DNA of 64,000 nt from the human T2T-CHM13v2.0 reference genome, Homo sapiens. The stretch lies in NCBI RefSeq assembly GCF_009914755.1, contig NC_060934.1. One strand, 5' to 3'. Position numbers and translations under genes: made by a program. Positions 55,220 through 64,000 of the stretch are shown one piece after another; position 1 is the first letter of the stretch, and each line of letters begins with the position of its first letter. The notes below the pieces were generated by a model. It worked only from the letters and a program-made list of their open reading frames with translations. It did no database searches and was not told the DNA's origin.

Positions 55220-56165
55220 GAAATTTTTTTTGAATAGGCAGAACATTCACAATATTCAAAATCCAAAAGGCACAAAGAGGTATATAGTGAGGTGTCCCCT
55301 CCTCCCATGCCTCTCAGCCTCCCAGGTCTAGCTTTGCTCCCCAGAAGCAGCCATTGTTCACAGGTCTTCATCCTTCCAGAGGAATCATATAGAAGCCTAT
55401 ACATGTGTATACATATATCTTCATTTTCTCCACTTTTATACAAATAATAGAAGAATTTGAATTCCATCTCATTGCGTGCCTTGTCCTTTTCACTTAAAAA
55501 TACATATTGGAGCTCAGTGCATGCATATTAGTGCATAGAGACACCTCCCATTACCTTTTTGTTTAATGACTGCATAGTGTTCAATTGTACAGATCCACCA
55601 TAAATTATTTAGCCAACCCCCTAGTGATATTTAAGCTATTCCCAATCTTTGGTGATACAGAGAATGCTTCATGTAATAATCTTGCACCTGTACAGTAATC
55701 TTGTACATGTAGAAGTGAGATACATTTCTAGAGGCAGATTTGCTGGGTAGAGAAGCTGGGACACACGTAGTGCCAAGATATTGCCAGATCACCCTCCAGA
55801 CAGGCTGGGTCCCATTGGTCCCCATAGTATTTACACCACTGCACACTCCATCCACCCTCCAGCAATATGTGTCTGTCCCACACACTTAGCAACATAATCG
55901 TGAGCAATCTGGGGTGGGGGGCAGCATCTTTGTGACATTTCCACGGACACTTCTGTCATCATGAGTGAGAGGGAGCCTTTTTTCACACATGATTAGTTTG
56001 AGAGCCATCTGAATTCCTTTTTTGTGAGCTATTTGTTCATATCCCTTGCCTGTATTCCTATTAGGTTGTTTATCTTTATTCTTAATGATTTGTAGGAGCT
56101 CTTTATTTACCAGGGAAATCAATCTTTTGCTATGGCTTAAGTTGCAAATATTTTTGGTCCTTTGT
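55220..56165 (-). mobile_element. Old L1 (L1ME-like) 3' portion
   Basis: ttgccagatcaccctcca...tttacacc...ccagcaatatgtg...tttgtgagctatttgttcatatcccttgcc. Confidence 0.8.
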
Positions 56166-57371
56166 GTAAGGCTTCCTAAAGAAAGTGATACTTGAAAGGA
56201 ATTAGATGCCTCTCCTCCATGTCAGGTGACTGCTGAATGAATTGAGCGATAGGTGATTGGTTGGTTGATTGATTGAAATGAATGAATGAATGAATGAGAC
56301 TTGTCCTGCACAGCTTGTCAGTTAGCCAAATACCCAAGTCAGAACTGAGCAAATTGAGCAAATTAATAGAACTGAAATCCCACCAGGACTTAGTAGCCCA
56401 GGGACCTCCCAGAGCCTCCCTCTCCTTCTCCGCCCACCCCAACCCCCTTCCCTGGACAGACCTTTCCATCAGCCAAAGCTCCACCAGGACAGGAGAGCAG
56501 GGCCGCAGCTCCCATTACGGAATTTATCTCCCTTGTCGGCCTGTCAGAAACAGAGAATTTATTGCCTCATTCACTTTGAACAAAACCTGTTTCTGGAGAC
56601 TTTTATGATGGAGGAGTAAGGAAAGGAGTGAAGTGAGGGAGTAAGTGGGGATGGAAGGGATGTGGCCCAGAATATGTAATCTCACAGAGAGAAGCACTTC
56701 GGCAAGAGGCCAGAAGTGGGCTCCAGGCATCTCTGGTCTCTCTAGCAACCTTGCTCCCTGCTGGGCAGAGAGTCACTCACCAATGTTTGTGGGATAGAGA
56801 TTGGGCTTTATCTTGCAGAAGATGAGGGCTTGGCCTCTCCCTAACACTCAAGCTCCTAGTGATCTAGACTGTCCCCTGGGTTCTGTCACACTGGTCTCCT
56901 CTCTGCTCAGCCAACAGCCAAACATGGCTGACTGAGAACCAGCACAAGCCGCACACTTACTCTATGCCTGGCTCTGGGCTGTCACGCCATGTGTGTTAGT
57001 TCCTGCCAGTTTCCCGGTGCCTGATGCAGTCAGGACAGTGAGTATCCCCATTTTATAGGGGATGACTGAGGAATGACACAAAAGACAAGCAACTTGCCCA
57101 AGATCACAGCCAGGCTTCAAACACAAGTAGTCTGATCCAAAACTCATCAGCTCAGCCACTGCACCCACTGCCCAGCAGACATCCAGCTGGGAAGAGGTTG
57201 TGGGGAGAAGAGCTGGGCCATGAGCACGTTCCAGGACAAGCTCCCCGATCCAAGGCACTGGGAGAGGCCTCCCTGAAGGACGCTTAGGGATAGCTCTGGG
57301 AAGAGGCAGGGAGGGAGGTGAGCACAGAGCCTTCAAGACAGTAGGACAAACAAGTCCAGCATAGGAAGCAT

Positions 57372-57607
57372 AGGCAGACATGGGCAGGTGTGGACAGGTA
57401 TGGGCAGGCTTGGCATGGGCAGGTGAGGGCAGGTGTGGGCAGGCCAGACATGGCAGGTGTGGGCAGGTGTGGGCAGGCACAGCAGGTGTAGGCAAGTGTG
57501 AGCAGGTGTGGGCAAGTGTGAGCAGGTGTGAGCAGGTGTGGGCAGATCAAGCATGTGCAGGCATGGCAGGCGTGGGCAGGTGTGCAATGTGGGCAGCTGT
57601 GGGCAGG
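57372..57607 (+). repeat. 10-bp G-rich minisatellite (GGGCAGGTGT)n, degenerate
   Basis: About 20 degenerate units containing 10 exact CAGGTG. Confidence 0.9.
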
Positions 57608-58374
57608 CCCAGCACAGGCCCCACCTCCTCTCTCCCTTGAGTGATGCCCCATCCTCAAGGGCAGCCTCATTGACCCTCTCCATTAAGTCCCCACTTTCCT
57701 GCTTGTCTGTTCCCTGCATCTCCCATTCAGCATCTCTCGCTCCTTTCACTCATCACACCTCTCCTGCACCTTGTTGCATGCCAGGCACCGCACCAGCCAC
57801 TGGGAATATGACCATTAATAAGGCCCATGAATAAATCACGGCATCTTCTAAAGGGAAGAGCAGTTCTAAGTGCCGTAATAAAGTGTGTGTGAATGCAGAG
57901 AGGGAGCAATTAAAACTGTCTAGGAGAGGGAGGACAGGCAAGGTTCAAGAAGGCGCTTCTGAGATGCTGACACCCCAGCTTGGCCTGAAGAGCCGGCAGA
58001 CAATGGCACAAGGGTGACTCCGGCATAGCCCACTGCCTTCAGACAGAGCAGGCTGTGTTCTGGGAGCCCAGGACCTGACTGAGGAACACAGGTCAATTGG
58101 CCAGAGCACGAGGGGCCTGGAAGACCCAGGAAGGACTTGGGGCTCCTTCCTCACAACTGGGAGCTTGTGATGGAGATGATGGGTGTGACATGGTCAGGCA
58201 AGCATGCTAGAAAGACCCCCTTCTAGCCCTGGACTCCCTAACTCACCCTACATTTCTTCAGAGCCCTTATTACCATCTGCATATTTGACTTATTATGTTG
58301 TATTGTATGAAATGACCATTCTTGTAGGTCAAAATGGGAGAATATTGGCAAGCTCATTCAGTTAAACCTATGGT

Positions 58375-58702
58375 GTTTTTTGTTTGTTTGTTTTGTTTTG
58401 TTTTGTTTGTTTTGTTTTGTTTTGATATGGAGTCTCGCTCTGTCACCCAGGCTGGAGTGCAGTGGCACGATCTCGGCTCACTGCAACCTCCACCTCCCGG
58501 GTTCAAGCAATTCTCTGCCTCAGCCTTCCAAGTAGCTGGGATTACAGGTGCCCGCCGCTACGCCCAGCTAATTTTTGTATTTTTAGTAGGGACGGGATTT
58601 CACCATCTTGGCCAAGCTGGTCTTGAGCTCCTGACCTCATGACCCACCAGCCTCAGCTTCCCAAAGTGCTGGGATTACAGGCGTGAGCCACCACGCCTGG
58701 CC
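58375..58702 (-). mobile_element. AluS (Sg/Sc-like) with a (TTTTG)n tail
   Basis: Two-arm Alu. TSD AAACCTATGGT at 58364 and 58703. Confidence 0.95.
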
Positions 58703-59437
58703 AAACCTATGGTTTTATTTATGTATATTTTAGATTTATTTGTTATATGTACTTAGTTATATCTTATATCCCTGGAGGCTAGAAGAGTGCCTGGCATAGA
58801 GTGCCTGCTCAGTAAGAATTTGCAGGGTAAGTACAGGAATGACCAAGGAGGGACTGGGGAAATGAAATTCCTGTTTAGTCTCCCCTCCTAAACATGGAAG
58901 CTCCCAGAGGACAGGGATCTTAAACTCAGCCAAAGACAGCAACAGACCTGCCTCCATTCTTCTTACTTTCCGAGTGGCTCTGAAGTAACTGACTTTTGTA
59001 AGCTTTGGTTTCTTCACCAGTAAATAGGAGCAAGGGCAGATGCCTCCATTGTGTGTCATTAGGATCATATCAGAAGTCATGGAAAATGCTCCACATAGTA
59101 CCAGACAGGCAATAGGTTCACCATCAATGCGATTTCCTTCTTTATAAGCTAGACCCTATTTTGCCCTATTCATACATAAAGACTCACAGCATCAAGACTT
59201 CTTTTTTAATGTGAACATTGACATACATTGAGTTTGACAAGACAGAGACTCTACCCACGTCCAGTGAGGTGTGCTCCCATGAGAGCAGGGGACTCTGAGT
59301 AAGCGGATGTGGGTCCCATCTGCCTCAGCCCCTCCCTGGATCTGTAGCTCTCAGAAGGTCATTCAGCCTCTCTCCTGGGCTTCTGCTCAGCAGAGAGCTG
59401 GAGGCAGGCCAGCCCCTCTCTAGGTTCTTCCAGCTCA

Positions 59438-59788
<351 letters not shown>

Positions 59789-60949
59789 CTAGAATCTCAG
59801 CTTCCATTTGATCCTAGGATTTGGGGGGCAATGTGCTCACTTGGAGGAAAAAGCAGGGCTGCCGCCTGCGCCCCAGCCAGCACCCCACCCCACAGCCTTC
59901 CCAATCCACCATTGCCTAGTGGGTGGCCGGCAGGAGTGGTCTCCAGGAGTCTGAGTCCTGCTGGGCTGCCACAGAATCAGCTCCCGGAGCGTGCAGACAG
60001 AGCCGGCCTCCATCTCAGTGGCACCTCCACCCTTGTGTGCCCTGTAGGTCCCTGATATTGTGACTGGTTTTGATCCCATGTTTTGACATAGCCATGTGGA
60101 TGTGGAGAGACTTTGACTCAGGCTAAAAACCAAACATTCTATTTTCAGCTCTTTTTTTATAGTTACCAAGGAAGGTGTTGAAACGACCACCATCAACTTC
60201 CTCTATCCGTCACCTGTACAGCAGCAATCACCAGGTCCCACTCTTAGGGTGGGAGTGGCAATGGTGTGAGAATTAAATGGGGAATGAAATATTTTTTAAA
60301 AGGAGGGAGGGGGCAGGGATGGCGGAGAGTCAAGGAGGGGGCAGGGACATCTGTCAGACACATTACCTGGACGTAAAGATCAACAATTTTCATTTTGAGT
60401 TGGGTACATGAATGCAGCCAAATCAAAATATTCCCCCATCAAAACACCCACCTCTGTGCCTTCCAGGAGACTCACCCTCCAGATTGCAGGCAAGGCTGTC
60501 GACTAGTAACTCAGGCAGAAAGAAGAGAGGCTTCTTACTAATCCTAGGAGGTGGCTATACTAGTATCACTCCCATTTTACAGATAGAAATTTGAGGCTCA
60601 GAGAGTAGCAGGAACCTGCTCAGGATGGCCCACTGTGCTGGAGGTGGAGGAGATCCAAACCCAAGTTTTTGGATTCCTGGCCCAGGGCACTGCTAGCAGG
60701 GGCACCTTCTGGTGTCCCAGGGCAGGGACAGCAGTGGCACGTGGGGAGAGCTGGGGAGCTGGCATCAGTGGAGACAAAGAATGCAGAGAGCCAGAGAGAG
60801 TGAAGGAGGCAGCCCCTTGATCTACTCAGAGGCAAATGTGCCCAGATCACCTCCTCCAGCAGGCAGAGCCATTGGTGATGGTGGACAACCTGCATCTGGC
60901 CAGGGGAGCGTGCACTGCTGACCATAAAGGCAGCTGCGGAACCAGAAAT

Positions 60950-61310
60950 CTACCCCAACCGCGTGTTAAACAACCGGCCCATCCAGCTGTCCATTCGTCA
61001 AGGTAATCGTGCTCCTTCTGCCCATCAGACAGATTTATTAGGAGCAGCAGCAGGAGCCCATCAGAGCCCAGTCACAGCACCCCCCCACTCCCATCAATCC
61101 CAACACAGGGCGGGCGAGAGACAGAATATATGTAAGGTCATTTGGAGATGGAAAAAAATCATTCACAGCACTCCCGAAATAGCCGATCTCCGCTTTGCAG
61201 CAATTGCCACCTTCTTGGCCCTAAATCAAATTCTGCTGCGAGAAGCAAACTCAATCTTCTCTCTCCCAAGTTTTGCTTTTTATGAGATTGGCAATAAATT
61301 GGGGTGTGGA
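60950..61310. promoter_or_regulatory. Candidate PBX/HOX-type enhancer
   Basis: AGATTTATTA, CCATCAATCC, CTAAATCA, TTTTATGA, GCAATAAA and an AT-extended AAGGTCA in non-repeat sequence. Confidence 0.4.
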
Positions 61311-61771
61311 CAGAGAAAAGGCACCAAAGGTCACTGGAATCTGGACATGCCTGTGCAGCCCTGAGGGCACAGGAAGGCAAAGGCAATGAGAGGTGAGAAG
61401 AGCTCCTGGGTAGGAACAGGGCTGGTGGTGACAGAAGCATCAGGAGGGCCTGGCTCTCTCTAGGATGACAAGCGCAGCCCTGAGTCAGTACTGAGTGGAC
61501 ACATAAACCCACGAGCAAACCAAACCAATTCCTGACTTCATGAATCTTTCATTCTAGTTAAAGAGAAGACACTCTTGCTGCCTTGTTATATGTAAACAAT
61601 GAGAGCCCTCGCACTTATGGTGGCTGTTTGTGATGATCACAGCCTGGGGCACGTTTAAACCCTCCAGGGTGTCAGGAGAGTGCCTGAGATGAAGAGCCTT
61701 TTAAACTCCTCCCACAAAGGTTGCCGTTTCTCTAGGCTCCACCTTTCCAGCGCTTCTCTGTTCACTCAGTC

Positions 61772-61987
61772 ACAAGGCTTCTCAACCCAGGCACTAATGG
61801 CATTTGGGGCTAGATAATTCTTTGCTGTGGGGAGCTGTCCTGTGTAGGGTAGGATGTTTAGCAGTGTCCCTGGCCTCTATCCACTAAATGCTGGCAGCAC
61901 CCACCAGTTGTGACAATGAAAAATGTCATGAGACATTGCCAAATGTCCTCTGAGGAACAAAACTACCCCCACTGAGAACCACCTCTG
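61772..61987 (-). mobile_element. MER20 hAT-Charlie element, near full length
   Basis: ttctcaacc...gataattctttgctgtgggg...ggatgtttagcag...cagttgtgacaa...gacattgccaaatgtcc...tgagaaccac. Confidence 0.92.
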
Positions 61988-64000
61988 CCAGGGGCTCAAA
62001 CATCTGAGGGTGGCCCCTCTCTCTGCAACCCCAGGCCTCTCTGCTAAGCTCCTACTCATCCCACAGAGCCATACGCCTGCCAGATACTGCCCCCTGGATG
62101 GCACCTCAAATGCAGTAAGCCCCATCCATGGTCCCCCCAACACAACCCCTCCAGGGCACCTTCTCTGACCACGAAACTCGTCTTTGGCAATGGATTCTAT
62201 CTCTGCCACTTCTTGCCTGGGCAACCCAAAACAAAATATATGCAGGTATCTCATCTGAAAAATAACAATAGCAGTAATAATCACCTCCTAAGGCTACAGC
62301 AGGAACAAAATCATATTATATAGAAAAAGGCATCTCTGAGATCATTTGTCTGCCATATGATGAGAGTTTAATAGATGCTTATATAAAAATCTTAAAATAA
62401 TTAAGTAATCCACATAAAAAGGTTAAAGCATGGCCTTGAGACATAAGCAAATGAAATACTGCGTTTCAGTACGAGAGACGTCACAGTCACTTGCTGACAT
62501 ATAGATAATTCAGTAAAAGAATCAATGAATGGATGAGTGGGTAATCAGAAGCGGTCCCTGATACCCAGGAAGTGGCGACATTTGCCAGCGAGTGCCTTTC
62601 ATGTGCCGAGCCCACATGGCCCTCCTTGGCATTTGTCCGCCATCCACCACAGGTGAGCTTGTGCATGGCAGGTGCTCAGTGAGGCCTTATTGGATAAACA
62701 CCAACAGAGAATGCTAATTTTTCTCACATCTATCAAGGGAGAAGGAGAAAAAGGAGGGAATGTATGTAGGAGTTAAGTGAGAACAGACTTCAAAAGGACC
62801 AGACTCCAGGAAATCCTATCCATCTGCCTGACAGGGGCATTGGAGTCACCAGAGCTTCCAGGCACAGCAACACTGCTCTCCAGGGACAGTTGGATCTCCA
62901 TGTTTTCCCACTGCCAAGGAACGAGATGGGTGGAATAGAAACCAACCTATATAAAAACCAGTTCTGAGATGTGTTCAGCTCCTTTTATGAAACAAGAATT
63001 GTGGTATAACCAACATTGTCCAAAGTAGAAATCCATAGCTTAGATTGGAACCCTGCAAAAAACAACACAGCCCTCCTTGAGGGCACAGCCCAGTAAGAAC
63101 ATTTACTATCATGTAATTTTCCTGGCTGTGTACTTGCTGGAATGGGGTTTAGCCACTGTGGTTTCAAGTCTCTCCCGATAGCCTTCCCTTTGCTGAGTAA
63201 TTGTAGGCGAGTCCCTTCTCCTCTCTAGGCTACAGCGAGTTACCTTATCTTTAACATGAGTGGTTGGCCTAGATGATTTCAAAATCCTTCCCAGCAATAA
63301 CATCCCATAGGTTGAATCATCAGCCTGAGGTTTAGTCCCAGGCAGTGGTGTGTGGGAGAGAGCATGCTCGTGTGTATGTGTGTGTGTGTATTTGCAGTGT
63401 CCTTTAAGTTGATTGATAATGTCTCATATCAGATGCCAACCAATAAATGCCGATGGTAGAGACTTCACTTCTAGCATCCACTGACTTCAAAACAGATAAG
63501 GACTCTGGGAAAAGCATGACACCTGTAACATGCATAAATACGCCTGGCAAGCTTTAGAGCCCCCAAAGTCTTTTTTTTTCCTGGCAGGTATGCTAAACGT
63601 GTGCACATAATTGTGTGACAAATATTGCATACAGCTTTGCTTTACAAAAGTCAGGTGTCTCATTTACCCAGGAAAGCTGCTGTGTCTCTAATAAACGAAG
63701 CCACAAGACCAACACTTCTTTTCCGAATAATTATCTTCTGAAGGCTGCATGGACAGAAGATGAGAAAATCAAATTAGTCTGAGACAGCAAAAAGGAAAGT
63801 AAAGCTAAATACACACAAGTATGGCCACTAGAATTACAGGGAAGTCCTTCTGGGATGGTGGCCTCTTTGATGGTAGGTAAATAACAGGAAAATCTAAAAA
63901 CCCATTGTTCTCCCCATCCTACTGTTTTTAGGTTTGCTGCTGCCTTATCACTACTGAGGGATTTATTAAATGTAAATCTTAAAAGAGGCTCTACAAGACT

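Noticed and set aside
56962-57749. Cys/His/Pro-rich repetitive ORFs
   Set aside because: These are translations of the 10-bp minisatellite in several frames.

Overview
This window is primate (very probably human) nuclear DNA, judged from AluJ/S/Y, THE1 and MLT2A elements. It is non-coding (intergenic or deep intronic). I find no credible protein-coding exon, RNA gene or pseudogene, and the ORF track is explained by chance ORFs, Alus and simple repeats. The background is moderately GC-rich and dense in MIR, L2 and hAT-type DNA transposon fossils. An AT-rich nested LINE block lies at about 15.5-25.6 kb. There are ten Alus, most with readable target-site duplications (TSDs), and four solo LTRs. 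The main structures not explained by repeats are as follows. (1) An ungapped 160-bp inverted duplication (255-414 / 2220-2379, 21 mismatches) brackets an enhancer-like segment and has a template-switch-like junction. (2) A probable templated-insertion repair scar lies at about 25.0-25.2 kb. (3) A short telomere-like tract sits inside an old MaLR LTR. (4) Two short tandem arrays multiply E-box motifs. (5) Six repeat-free, motif-dense segments (homeodomain, SOX/POU, PBX-HOX) look like long-range developmental enhancers. Repeat subfamily names come from recalled consensus sequences, and old-repeat boundaries are approximate. I cannot assign the locus. I cannot demonstrate a new biological system from sequence alone.
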